NCBI RefSeq assembly: GCF_000711695.1
Contig: NW_013547016.1
Location: forward strand, 124,001-188,000
Direction: 5' to 3'
Length of the DNA: 64,000 bases
DNA from: Tilletiaria anomala UBC 951
Taxonomy: Eukaryota
Numbering within the stretch: the first letter of the stretch is position 1; each line of letters opens with the position of its first letter. The translations under genes and the position numbers were made by a program. Positions 1 to 12,011 of this stretch are shown here, piece by piece. The notes under the pieces were generated by a model. It was not told where the DNA came from. It saw only the letters and a list, made by a program, of their open reading frames with translations, and searched no databases.

Positions 1-627
1 GCAGAAGCCCATTCGCGTTCGTGTTGTGCTCTGGTGGATTCTTCGATGTGATTGCAAGAGCGCACGTGAACGAATGCGAGCAGAATCGATGGAACCGAGG
101 TGTGAAGGAGTGATGAGGCTTTGACGTGGGTGGAAGACGAAGAGGTTACCCGCTAGGTTGTCCGGAGCCGAACAAGAGCCGTAAGCAATGAGAGAGCTCA
201 CACGAGAGAGATAATTGACTGCACAACCTCAACGCTGACGTGATTTGTCATCTGCCCGTCTCCCTATCGCCGAGCAGCTGGCCAGGGGGATCCTCATCCA
301 GGATCTGGATGATCGGGGTGCTGATAGATCCACCGACCGTCGAGGCCTGCTCTTCATTCAGGGCTGTTCAAGCAACAGGGCGTCCCTTATTGATGTATCC
401 AGCTGCCTGCGGATCTGTTCAACAGCCCGGGAGTTTTGTGATTGAGAGGTTCCTCCAACCACCCCATTGCTAGACACATGTGTTGCACTCATTGCTCGAC
501 TTGCCGTCGTTTCGTTGATTCTGGTAGGCACTCAGCTTTGAGCGCAATCAACCTAGCTCGAACAAGGAAAGCAGCGGCATTGCATATCTCCGCTCAGCCC
601 ACATCGCAGCATCCGCTAGCGACGAGC

Positions 628-1502
628 ATGGGCTCCGGCGACGACAGCCGCACCCCGCTACTTCAGACCGCCCATCAACCCGCCGCTGCGAGCGTAGACC
701 AGCTTGATCAAGGGAGCACAATGGCCGAGGTGTACAAGCGCCGCAATCTTGGCTCCAGTGCGCGGCTCGCACAGGTGAGGTTGAGAGCACCTTTCCTGTT
801 GTACAGCTGTGTTTGAGGCGGCCGACTCATGCCGATCGCTCCACCTTCCCTTTCCTTACTACCCGCTTCATGTGGGGGCTGGTGCATGGTTGAGGGCAGG
901 CTGTCGTTTTCGCCTTCGTAGCTCTGATCTGGTCGCTCATCTTCACCAAGCTACCCTTCCCCCTGCCGCTGTTCGGGTACCACCCTCTGATCCAATCGCT
1001 CGCGCTCATCTCGCTCGTGCAATCCGTGCTGGTCCTGCAGCCGACGAACACACCGCAAGCCAAAGCGATCGGCCTGAGCGTGCACCAGACGCTCAACCTG
1101 CTGCTCATGCTCCCGCTTTTCACGGCCGGCGCGGGCATCATGTACTACCTGCACGGCCAGCCTGGAACAAAGCACTTCATCTCCTGGCACGGTACGCTCG
1201 GCTTCACCGTCGTCGTGCTCGCCTGGCTGCAAGCCGCCCTTGGCGCCGCCAGTGTCTGGTTCAACGGTGCCGCGCTCGGCGGCGAGCGGCCCGCCAAGGC
1301 GGCGTGGAAGTGGCATCGCCTGTCGGGATACGTCCTGCTCCTCCTCTTCCACCTCACGTTCGCGCTCGCCGTGTGGGAGACGACATGGGGCAAGCAAAAT
1401 GCAAGCACAATTTACCACGTCGCAGCCGTCGCACTTCTGCTCGCGCTGGGAGTCACGATCTTTTCCCGTCTTAGGCCCAGCAAGTTGCCAAAGCTTGCGT
1501 GA
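628..1502 (+). CDS. Cytochrome b561 domain membrane protein (2 exons)
   Basis: ATG 628 (MGSGDDSR...), intron ~775-899 (gtgagg...gcag), then LFGYHPLIQ, HQTLN, HFISWHG, WKWHRLSGY. Four His in a multi-TM pattern typical of cytochrome b561. Confidence 0.85.
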
Positions 1503-1597
1503 ACGTAGCATATCTACAACTTCACGCCCCGTGCCCCCTACAATACCCATGTATACCTTCAATCGCGTCATCATCTATTGCATTGCAACTGCCAAAT

Positions 1598-4500
1598 CTA
1601 TACTGGCGGCAGAGGCGCACGGCACTGCGGGCACTCTGTCTTGACCTGCAGCCATTGCTCCAGGCAAGAGGTGTGGAAGATGTGGTGGCACTATCAGAGC
1701 GTAGGCATGGTGTGCAAAGTCAGCATCGAGATGGGATGCGAGCAAAGTTTAACAACAAGCCCATCTCTAGCACTCACAGGCGTGACCATCACATTGTGCC
1801 GTGCAGATAGCTGCATGGTGCGCGGTAGCCCCCTGATCAGAGGTTGAGCTAGTATTGCGAGCGGCGCGAACCATCGTCCTGGTAAGGTCGACGCGCTCCT
1901 CCGCTGGAGACCGCTCCTAGCACGCCGTGTCGATGAGCCAGACTCTTCAGCTTTGTCGTTACCGGAAAGTAAGCCTTGTAGTTCCGGCTCCGCTGCTTCT
2001 TCGGCATCACCGTCCTCCTCGTTTACATGAGAAGTAGCCGACTCAATAGGCGACAAGCACACCGAGCAGTCTCCAACAGTCATAGCCCCAGTCTCTGGGT
2101 CCTCACGCTTGGCAAGGGTCGATAATGGCGGGTGCCAGTCCCAACTGAGGTCCTTCGGCCGCAGATTTCGAGGCACGAAGAAGTGGGTACCGAAGAAGGA
2201 CTGTCCAATCAAGATGGAAGCCTGTAAACATAACCAGAAGGTAGTCACAAAGAGCAAAGGATAATTGAGGTCTGTGTATCGCAGCCAATTCGCTGGGCAT
2301 CCCAGGTAGTCTGAAGGATGCCAGATTCACGTCCGCGCTGACATCAGTATGCTGTCACGCCTCGCAATCGTTTTTGCGAAAGCGCTCACATGCGGGGAGG
2401 AAGAGGCGGCACAGGGAGATGCCAATGATGTAACGTCGCTCCACGGCTTTTCGCGCCCCCCGCTTGATGTTGCGCCAGATTTGCGGCACCCAGAAGCTGT
2501 AGAGCAGAAGAAGCGAGACGTTACCCGGAACCTGTTGCATGACGAGGAAGGCAGTGATGCTCGCGATCCACGTGAGTGCGGTGGCTGCAATATGTGCCCA
2601 TGAAAGTTAGCAAGCAGGGTCCACTAGATGAATAATGCCAATTGGTCCAACTCACAATGCCGGCGGACCCGAGGGACCAGCAGAGCGGTTGCTCGCCGCC
2701 AGAACGGTGGGATAGGCGTTGCCTCTGTTGTTCCCTCTGGTGTTGTTGCAGTGTTGGCCATGGTTGTTGAGCCGGCTGCTGATTCCGCGGGCGGCCGGCG
2801 AAATGCCGGTGTTTGGATATGCCACATTGTCAAAGTGTGCTGAGCGAATCAAAAATTGCAGATAATGGATCAATTCGTACGCCAAGTAGGTTGCAGGCTC
2901 GATGCGTGAGAGCGGCAGACCTACCTGATATTGTAGCGCGATGAACAGTGTAGCGGCCAAAAACGCGCACGCCATCATCGACTTGGAGCTTCGATTGTTC
3001 TCAAGGATGGGGAAGACAATGTGAAAGCCGAATATGCCCACCTCGATGAGGCATTGCATGGACCATGATATCGAAGAGATCTTGGAGATGGCGCTCGGCG
3101 TCATGCTGCGGTCCATCTGACGCGTCGTGAGCAGGGACTGAACGATGAGGACAAGGAAGAAACAGATGGAGTAACGGATCGATTTTTCCGCTCGCGAAAT
3201 ATCAAGGTCACCACGAGCTGGCGCGAAAGTGAGAGCAAGGAAACAATCCGGCGAGAACAAGAGCCCATGGAGCTCAGAAGGCGGTTGCTTGATTGTGCTT
3301 ATTCCGCTTGGATTGCGCATCTCCTGCTCTAGTTCTTGCAACTGCGGTCGAAGAGATACAGGACCGGCGGGCTTGAGGTGACCGTAAAAGTGGAAGGAGC
3401 AATTGTGATGCGCAATTCTCGATTCCATGTCGATCATGCGCTCTGCTTGAATACTTTTGTTGTTATGCTCTATGCGACGTGTGAGAATGCTTTCGAGGGC
3501 GTTGTAAGTTTCGTTCAGCAGCAGCCAAGCGGATGTCTCCCTGTCGAAATCTGTGAAATTCCGGGTCGTCATGGCGCTCGCCCATGAGGCGGGGGGCGAC
3601 GGTGTTTTGGGGAGCGGTATCATGGCGAGCGTTTCGCGCGGATCTGTGGTGACCGGCGACTCAACAGGAAGAGCATGTGCATATAGCAGACCTTGCTTGA
3701 CGAAGTGCAGACCGTCTAGGTCGAATATCACTCCCTCAGACGCTTTTTCATGGGGACTTTCATACGTGAAGTACTCCATGTACTTGCGTATAGCTTCTGT
3801 GGTTTCATCTTCAGCATCCGCAGAAGTGATGTTATTCGGACTCCCGACCGCAGCATCCTGGCGCCTGTTCATTTGTCCTGGCGAGCCTTCCGAAGGCCGC
3901 TTAGCGGATGTCGACGCTGGCATGAGCTGCAGATGGCCACCGAGTGAAGATATTCGGCCTGGTAAGATATTATCCTCACTGAGGAAAATATATGCTCCAC
4001 CACCCTTGATATCTTTCGCGTACGAGTTTAGCGATGCCTCTTTGGTGGAACCGGGATAGTCTGGTCCGAAAAGCAAAGTGAGTAAATCACGCTGACGGTG
4101 ACCGAAACGCGCTCTTCTGCCGCCAGGTAATGTGTCAATCGGGCTTTTACGAGGCAGAAAAGTCTTTGAGTCTCGTTTCAAGTTGCGATTATGGGCAGAA
4201 GAGGAAGAGTAGGCGATAAACTCTGGCCGAATCGCCCATGCAGGGCTGTTCCAGAAGCCTGAGACTGTACTGTAATAGGCTTGTGACGGAAAAGGAAATC
4301 CGGAGAGATCCTCTAGCGGTCCTGCAGCCTGTGGGCTGTTATTTCTGTTGAGAGTTTTCGGTGCAGCTGGTACCTTGTGCAAGTTGCTTGGGTATGGGTC
4401 GAACGAAGGATCTCGCTCTTGACCAAAAGAACGGCTGTACATGTCAACCAGAAGAGGCGCCAGTAGATCGTGTGGATCACGTTCCTACATAGCAGAGTTT

Positions 4501-4789
4501 GTTTGAGTCTTCTGATTTCGGGGCATCGATTACGGTGTGTAGTCCAGCTCACCAAATTCCAGCCGTGTTCGAGAGTTGCATTCGCAGTCATCAGCCCCCA
4601 TAGCTGCTGTCGCTGCTTGAGCATGTCCCGAAGGGCAGCTTTGAGCGGCGCGGACGATTCCTCGCGCTTTGCATGCTTTGAGCTGTACCGATCTGCGCCG
4701 GCCACGCCTGCGAGTGAAATGAGAGATAGCAGTAGCAAAGCGAGCCAATTCGCCCACCGTGACGGCGCACGGCCGCCGTCGGACGTCAT
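1598..4789 (-). CDS. TUL1: Transmembrane RING-H2 E3 ubiquitin ligase, Tul1/Dsc1 family (multi-exon)
   Basis: N-terminal signal peptide, lumenal domain (LEQEMRNPSG, SPDC), TM region (YSFWVPQIWRN). C-terminal RING: CSVC...VMVTP|CHHIFHTSCLEQWLQVKTECPQCRAPLPPV*, stop 1598-1600. Confidence 0.88.
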
Positions 4790-5148
4790 CGCTCCATGGG
4801 ATAACGAGGATCCCTCATAGGCCTTTGTAGCCTATCAGCTCTTCGTTGGCAATGCAGGCCAAAAGCGAAGCTGGCGTGTACGGGCCAAGCGGTTGGTGCT
4901 CACAAACATCCCACTATTCGTAGGAGGCATGTAAATGTTGGCCTGGGGTACTGGGTAAACGAGTGACGAGTCGTCGGCATATATTTGCGAGTCTCGGGTG
5001 GTGTCCAAGTCTCAACATGGAAGATGCAGCTAGAGGATTTCGGCGACTATCGTAAGTTTCAAGTTGGCCGATACGTAGTACACATCCACTAAAATACTGA
5101 GGTCCGTGACTGAAGTGGAGACTAATCACAGTAATAGCATGTAAATTA

Positions 5149-6762
5149 CTATGGCTTGTGCAATGCAAGATTCCATAACATCATTTCAGCAAAGATGCTA
5201 GCGCCAGGATTGGGGCTGGGTGAGATCGGGTCCATCTGCTTGCCCGCCTGACCGAGCATGACCTGCCCCCACGGAACGAACGCGAGATCGTCAGGCAGCC
5301 TCGCGGAGGGTGATTTGCTGCCACGCACATAGTCGTCGCCGCCGGATATCAGCGTGCTCAGTTGCGCTTCGTTGAGCTGATGCAGGCGGTTGAGGCGAAA
5401 GAGCGGGTGGTTCGGCTTTCCCGCTGCAGTAGCATCGGGGTTGTCCTGCCCTGTGAACCATTCGATTGTCGGGTTTGCGCCTTCGGCAGGGTAGTGAGTG
5501 CTTCTCCACAGGAGTGGAGTCTCATATCCAAAGACGTCCTTGCTTGCGAGATGCGACAGCATGTCAACGTTCCTGCTTCTCCACTTCAACAGCCGCATCT
5601 CCGTCAGATCAGATTCAGCTGAGCGCCCTGCGGCAATGTCCTGCTGCGCCCAGAGCGCCAAGTCCCAGAAAGACGACTGGAAGAAGACCATGTCTGGCAC
5701 ATGCGTTCTGCGGCTCTTAGGTGTCACGTTCGACATGAGATCCGAGTTAGCGGATGCTTTGAGGAATGGAAGGACAAGCTGAGATATCCGATCCTCGAAA
5801 AGGCCGGGTCCTTGGTAGTTTGGAATCTTGGACCAGGCATCTGTCTCATCGATGCCATAGTGGTACATGGAGGTGAGCAAGAAGCTGCAGGGCAAGTATG
5901 TTAGAACGAACAGATCCATTGCTACCCTTGTGTAAGCCTTTCAAGAATCGAACTCACTTGTACTTGGGCAAGTAGCAGTAATGAGCGATCTGTTGTGAGC
6001 TCGAGGATTTCGGGTCCTTTTGCGCGCTCGCAAGCGCCGCTTTGCCCCAAGGATGGGAGCTATCGACAGGCTTAGAAGTCTCTCCAGCAAGCCAGCAAAA
6101 ATTCTCGACGAGCGACCTATCGACAGAATCGCCAACGAGCAGCACATGCTTGTTGGTGATCAGCCCTGGGGTGGATTGGCTGTTGGCGATGCTGTGCTTG
6201 CCGGCGACAGAGTAATATGGAGATTTCTCCAAGTTTGACAACAGGGCTGGAAGGTGAGAACTCGTCGGACATGACTGATCGAACGTACGCCAGACACCCA
6301 AAGGAGTCAGGGTGTCTTTTGAGGTTCCGTCTAGTGAGGACACGAAGCCGGGTATGGAAAACGGGTCGCAGGAAGAAGTCGTGTCAGGCTGAAGATATCC
6401 AAGGTTGCAAAACCTCTGGCGAAAGGAGGGTAGCCGGCGAATAGCCAGGCTACCCAAATGCGTAGGCATGGTCTTCAATCAGCATGATCCGCAAAGTCAC
6501 TTTGCAAAAAACTTGGGAAAGTGTTCACCTAGGGCTGCCGAAGGAGAAGAGAACGCAAATGGCAAGCCATCCCAAGCAGAGGACTACCGAGAACAGAAGA
6601 TCCCATCAGGCCCATGATCAGCACACCTCTACCGTTTTCACTTCGTCACGTACTGAAGAGTGTGTGCCCAGCTATTCGCACCATCGGCGAACTGAGTGTT
6701 TCTTGCGCGCCGCCGTGCGCCTTTGGCTTGGTGAGCGGCCGATAGTTGAGGTTTGAGGGCAT
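5149..6762 (-). CDS. Uncharacterised type II membrane protein with SGNH/GDSL-like esterase or acyltransferase motif
   Basis: Spliced model MPSNLNYR...LF|ILCLGWLAICVLFSF (TM), then LLVGDSVDR motif, FQSSFWDL and LLWRS in ORFs 5954-6478 and 5149-5919. Confidence 0.6.
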
Positions 6763-7180
6763 GTTAGCTGATCTAGACACCTCGAGTACCACCAACTCGT
6801 AGATTGCACATCAGATGACGTGCCCAGAGCTGGGTGCGAAGAACAAGAGGGGGTACTAGCGTCACCTTGAATAGCAAGCAGGGTTTTGTTCATGTCCTAT
6901 GATGGCTCGCTTCTGCAAAACAAGCCCACAGGCCGCAACATGGCGCCAACAGGCGATCAGCACACCCAACGATGCCCAATGGTTAGGGTTAATGGTTCGG
7001 CTGCGGCTGCGGCTGGGTTCATCCTCACCATATCCTAGCCCGATGTCCTACGACCTAATCCGCTGCCGTCATACTCTTGGTGGCAAAAGTCTCGCCTCTG
7101 CTGCGATGCTAATACCCATGCGATGTGGTGATGAATATGCGTTTAAAATTAGCCTATGGCGGACCACTAGGGCCATAAGG

Positions 7181-7302
7181 TAGGCCATGTCCATGGGAAC
7201 TCCCACATCAATTTTTTTGACCATGACTTTGACTCAATTTGATCATGACCATTTGAGTTGGTTGACCACGACTGTGACAGTCGTAACCGAGACTACGGCC
7301 TG
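7181..7302. mobile_element. Possible degenerate MITE or hAT-like end
   Basis: Imperfect terminal inverted repeat (taggccatgtc / gactacggcctg) enclosing repeated tgaYcaYgac motifs. No target-site duplication seen. Confidence 0.3.
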
Positions 7303-7452
7303 ATGTTTCCCTCTCCTTCTCATCCCTCGGTTGGAGCCCATCGCCACAATGCTGCATCACGCACAGGCCTGGCTGCGCTCGAGGTTTGGCTTATGTCGGC
7401 CCTCGCGAGAAAGATGCTAGCATTAGAGAGTGGCAACTTCTCACAGACATAG

Positions 7453-8397
7453 TCGCAGACCCAGTCCTCCAAGCCATACGCGCTCAATACGGGCACCCCG
7501 AATGCCATCGAGGAGGCACTAGCCATGATGCTGGCGGTTACATATGTCTTCAACATTAACCTGCACGGCTGCACCCAGTCGAAGCTCGAGAAGAGCAAGA
7601 AGCGAAACATCACCGCGTCAAGCGGCGCCGGGTCCCGTGGAGGTGCGGAGGATATGCGCGTCCGCAAGCAGGGCGCGCGAAAACGACTTTTCCGAGACCT
7701 TCGTCAAGCCCTTGGCCGGATTGCCATTCAGCATCTTGATTAACAATACCGCTGTCGCTGTCGTCACCGCCTTTGTCGACAAGAGCCTTTTGAGCCGTTC
7801 AAAGCGTTCCAGGACGTGCCGGACAATGATATCACTGCGTTGCTCAATATCAATCTGACGTGGAACATGCTCGTCACGAAATACCTCACGGTGTTGCTCG
7901 CCCAGTCTCCCACGAAAAAGGCGCCCATTGCTACTGTATCAAGCGGAGTGTCTACCGCGCCGGTACCCTCCATCAGCAACTACTCGGCCGTCAAGGGGTG
8001 CTTGAACGGATCCATGAACACCTTCAGTCTCGAGGCCCTCAATCCTCCAACGTGGAGCCGCAAGCTGGGGCTGTAGAATTTCATCGCCACGTCCGTGTGC
8101 ACGACCAGACTAGCCGGCATCACTCCCGGGTTCTTCATGCCCAACGTGGGCATCTTTGGAAAACCCATGTGCAGGATTCTCGGCGGAGCACGACAAGGTT
8201 CGGCTTGCTTAGCGCATGTCCTACAGCAGGGCATCTTTTCTTTCGTCCCTAGCTTCGTCGCCGACCGCTCGATATTAGCTGTGGGCAAAAGGGGGCTGGC
8301 AGGATACTTTGATGGGGGGCAATTTGACGACGTAGATGGATATAACGCTGTTGCAAAGTCTTACGGAATTTCACATGCGGTGGCAGTCCTTCCGTAG
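7453..8397 (+). pseudogene. Short-chain dehydrogenase/reductase pseudogene (3-ketoacyl-CoA reductase / 17beta-HSD-like)
   Basis: PYALNTGTPNAIEEALA (decayed TGxxxGIG), FNINLHGCTQSKLE, ILINN, VSSG...NYSAVK (YxxxK) spread over different frames, with in-frame stops at ~7450 and 8074. Confidence 0.75.
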
Positions 8398-8447
8398 AGC
8401 TCTATAAGTCAGAAGAAGCTCTAGAGATAGGAAGTTCTGCTGCCAGG

Positions 8448-9067
8448 TCACTTCTTGCTAGGAGGCGCCAGCTGAGCAATCAAAGGAAGCTTCAATCAGC
8501 TGGTTGCGAGCGAACAGCAACATCGGAAAGGAGGGGATACTCACTGGAGCACCGATATCCCTACCCCTCAGCTTGACACCCAGCGCCCTCTCCATCTTGC
8601 CCAATATTTGCGGGTTCGGAATCGCTTTTCCGCTCTCGTACTCGGCGATGACTTGAGGCTTCTCGTTGATCTTGGTCCCGAGGTCCTTTTGCGTCAAGCC
8701 TTTTGCCTGCCTCGCCTGTCCGATCGCCTTCCCTACCGAAGGCGCAACCTTGGGTGGTGGGGCGACTTCGTTCTCTCGATCGATCTTGGCCAGCCGAGCG
8801 TGATCGACGCCAGCGTGGTTTGTGTTGTGGCCCGCAGCTATTTTGCGGTTGTTCTCCGTCACTGCGCCGACCGCTTTCGAACGTTCCAGAGCCGTAGGGC
8901 CGCGGTCGCCACCGCCTGCGCCCGAGCCGGCTGGACGAGCCTTGTAGCCGATCTTGACAGTGGTGTCTACCAATGTGGAATACAATGAAAGGAGATGTCG
9001 ATCAGGAACTTTTTGGACTTTCCAGCATCTCAAACTGATTTGACGGATTCTCACCCCAGTCAGACAT
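8448..9067 (-). CDS. MBF1: Multiprotein bridging factor 1 (3 exons)
   Basis: MSDW|DTTVKIG...LTQKDLGTKINEKPQVIAEYESGKAIPNPQILGKMERALGVKLRG...|LAPPSKK*. HTH domain and canonical introns. Confidence 0.95.
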
Positions 9068-9798
9068 GATGAAGGTTGGGTCAAAGCTACGGCGATATTT
9101 GCTTGGTAGGCTTCGAATACAGCTATAAACTGTACACGGTAGAAATATGGTCAGCAGGGTGCCTTGAAAAGTAGGAATAATGCTGGGATAAGATGGCACA
9201 GCAACTGAAGCTTGCCACTACGCCTTGCCGCATCCGAGGAACGATGGTGTGCCCGCAAAGCGGGCGCAAGGTTTAACTCCTTACTCACAAATGTGGCGAA
9301 ATCTCTGCGAAACAGGACAAACCGATGAGCATAACCAAGCAATACTCGGGGAGATACGGCGTAGTTGTATAAGGTTGAGCATAGATATGTCAACGAAAAG
9401 TTAGACAACTGGAGCAAGGCGAATGGCAGATGGATCGTTCTCGAACTTCCCATCGCAGAGAGACGTCATACAGCGGTGAAGGAACTAGATGAGCAGACCA
9501 ACGGGTCTTGGTTTAAAGGGGTCAAACTAACTGCCCCTTTGGGACACGAGCAGTTGATCACCGCTCCAATTCGCCATCTTCTTGTGATCTCGACGCACCT
9601 TCTCAGACGCAGCGAGGAGCCACGTTACAGATGACATCCGGCCTTTGCAGGAATCCTCTCCCTCGCAGTTCAATGCCATCTCGACAGATTCATTCAGCGC
9701 AGACGTTCGCTGTGTAACATCGAGACTAACAACACCCTGCGCCGCCTCAGCGCGCTTCCCAGATTCTTCCCCAGGAGATCAGCAGCGTGTAGCTGACG

Positions 9799-11889
9799 AT
9801 GTTTTGCGCAAGTGAGTCTCCTGGCTGGGACTGTTGCCTTCTCTGCAAACAGAAGACAGCTAGCACGGGTTTGTTTTATTAAACGCTCAAACGTCCTTTC
9901 TTTTTACGCTCCTCTTTGCAGTCTCCGGCGAACCGCCGCAACATCCAGTCGTTTCGGCCAAGTCTGGGCATGTGTACGAAAAGCGGCTCATTCTCAAGTA
10001 CCTTTCAAACAATGCATCCAAGGATCCCATTACAGGCGATGAGCTCGATGCAGATAGGGACTTGATTGAAGTCAAGAGCGGTAAGTTTTCGTGCCTATGC
10101 TTGCGCCGTGTACCAAGGAACGTGCAAAACATGCAAAATGCAGCACGAAAGGATGATTCTCAAAGAAACAAAAATAAAGTCAACTAGAAGCTGTTGCTGA
10201 GCCTCTTGGGGCGATGCTTACATGTTTCAATTTTCTGATATACGTGTTGATTGCTGCGCTTTGGTTGGGGCGTTTTGTGGCAGGGGAACACTAAGTTCCT
10301 TTGCTTTCCCCTTAAGTTCATCTGAGAAGCATGTCACTGACACCCTCACGGCGCCTCTTGCAGACCCCAAAGTTGCCGCACCACGACCACCACAGTTCAC
10401 ATCTATTCCGTCCCTCCTCTCCTCCTTACAAAATGAGTACGACTCGATCATCTTCGAGATGATCACCCTCAAAAAGCAATACGATAGCGTGCGACAAGAG
10501 CTCGCGAGCGCACTCTACACGAACGATGCTGCAAACCGTGTGATTGCACGCTTACTGAAGGAGCGTGACGAGGCGAGAGAGGCACTTGCAAACATCGGCG
10601 GCACACTAGGGAACGGTGCGGCTGCTTCAACTGCGGCGCAGCAAGATACCGATATGGCAGCTGGGGACGCGGGGGCAGCAGTGGCTGCAGGTGCGCTTCC
10701 AGCTGACGCCTTGGCTGAAATTGACGCAACAGCAGCCAGGTAAGTTCAGATATGTGAGCCAGAGTAGGGCTTCCGATCTCACATGTCTTCCTGGATTTCT
10801 TGCAGACTTTCTTCGCAGCGCAAGCCAAAATCGAAGCAGAAGGCGCCAGCGGGCTACGCAACTCCAGCTCAAGTCCCTTCCTTTGCGCAGACCAAGTCCC
10901 TTCCATCCATGCATAGCACCAAGCCGCCAGGGATCTCTGCGCTGGCACTCAGCGGGAACGGCAACTGGGTGATCACTGGAGGGAACGACAAGCAAGTGCA
11001 GATCTACGATCGGGTCTCAGACCAGGTTGTCGCAACACTCAAAGGCCACACGAAGCCCATCACATGTGTCGCATTCGAGCCGCCTTCAGAAGTGGACATC
11101 GGATCCGAGGCTGCCGGTGCGCTTCCGCCCCCGAGGTTTGCTGTCAGTGCGAGCGAAGACAAGACTGTGCGCATTTGGCGAGCGGAACCAGATGGAAGCA
11201 AGTGGGCACTAGCACATACCCTGAAAGGCTTCAAGGATGCTGTAACCGGTATTGACGTACACCCAGCGGGCAAGCTCCTCGGCGTCGCCAGCCGCGATGC
11301 CACGTGGGCATTGTATGACATTGAGAGTGGCAAGGCGCTCATTTCGATCGACGCGCCGGCGTCTGGAGCCGAGACAGAGGAAGAAGCAGCAGGAGGATAC
11401 GCGTATGAGAGCCTTGCTTTCCATCCTGATGGCCAGCTTCTCGCAACCGGCACCAAGGAAGGTGTGATCAGAGTCTGGGACGTGAAGACCGCGGCGAAAG
11501 CTACGACATTCCGTGGTTCACAAGTGGGTTCCGCGATCACTGCGCTCAGCTTCAGCGAAAATGGCTACTACCTTGCAGCTGCGGCCAAGAACAGTACTAT
11601 CGTCCAGGTCTGGGACCTGCGAAAGCTCAGCGTGGCGGGCACTATTGAAGCAGCGGTGAACAGCGATGACTCGCTTGTCTCAGACGTCGCGTTCGATCCA
11701 TCCGCCCAGTTCCTGGCTGTTGTTGGTTCTGACGCCAAAGTGTACGCCAACAAGAGCTGGAGCTTGCTCTACACCTTTGACGGTAACGCAGCGGAGATCA
11801 CATCTGCAGACTGGGACGCAAAGGACGGCAGTCTTGTAGTCGCCAGCTTGGATCGGACGCTGAGGACGGTCGGTGTTCCCTCACAGTAG
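9799..11889 (+). CDS. PRP19: Pre-mRNA splicing factor Prp19 (U-box, coiled coil, WD40; 4 exons)
   Basis: MFCA|ISGE...SGHVYEKRLI...DPITG U-box, TSIPSLLSSLQNEYD...RQELASALY coiled coil, WD40 repeats in 10783-11889. Confidence 0.96.
10141..10249 (+). ncRNA. Candidate intronic box C/D snoRNA in PRP19 intron 2
   Basis: Box C AGGATGA 10150-10156, D' CTGA 10197-10200, C'-like GCGATGC 10211-10217, D CTGA 10235-10238, flanking stem cagcacg/cgtgttg. The guide before D' is complementary to a conserved LSU rRNA segment (recalled sequence). Confidence 0.7.
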
Positions 11890-12011
11890 TGGAACGTACG
11901 CGCACGTTGTATTCTCTTAACAGGATGGCCTTCAAATGAGAAAAGCGAAAGACATTCACACGACGATTCATGAGATGGCGCGATCGGGCGCAGCATGCAG
12001 TACTTTCTGTT

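Noticed and set aside
1..12. ATGGGCTTCTGC on the minus strand after a pyrimidine-rich leader
   Set aside because: Possibly a gene start running off the window, but four codons cannot support a call.
951..1574. Long antisense or alternate-frame ORFs (also 11004-11540, 14838-15686, 24306-25828, 39328-40071, 60371-61081)
   Set aside because: They are shadows of real genes on the opposite strand in GC-rich coding DNA and have no independent motifs.
6981..6990. ggttagggtt telomere-like motif
   Set aside because: Fewer than two repeat units; expected by chance.
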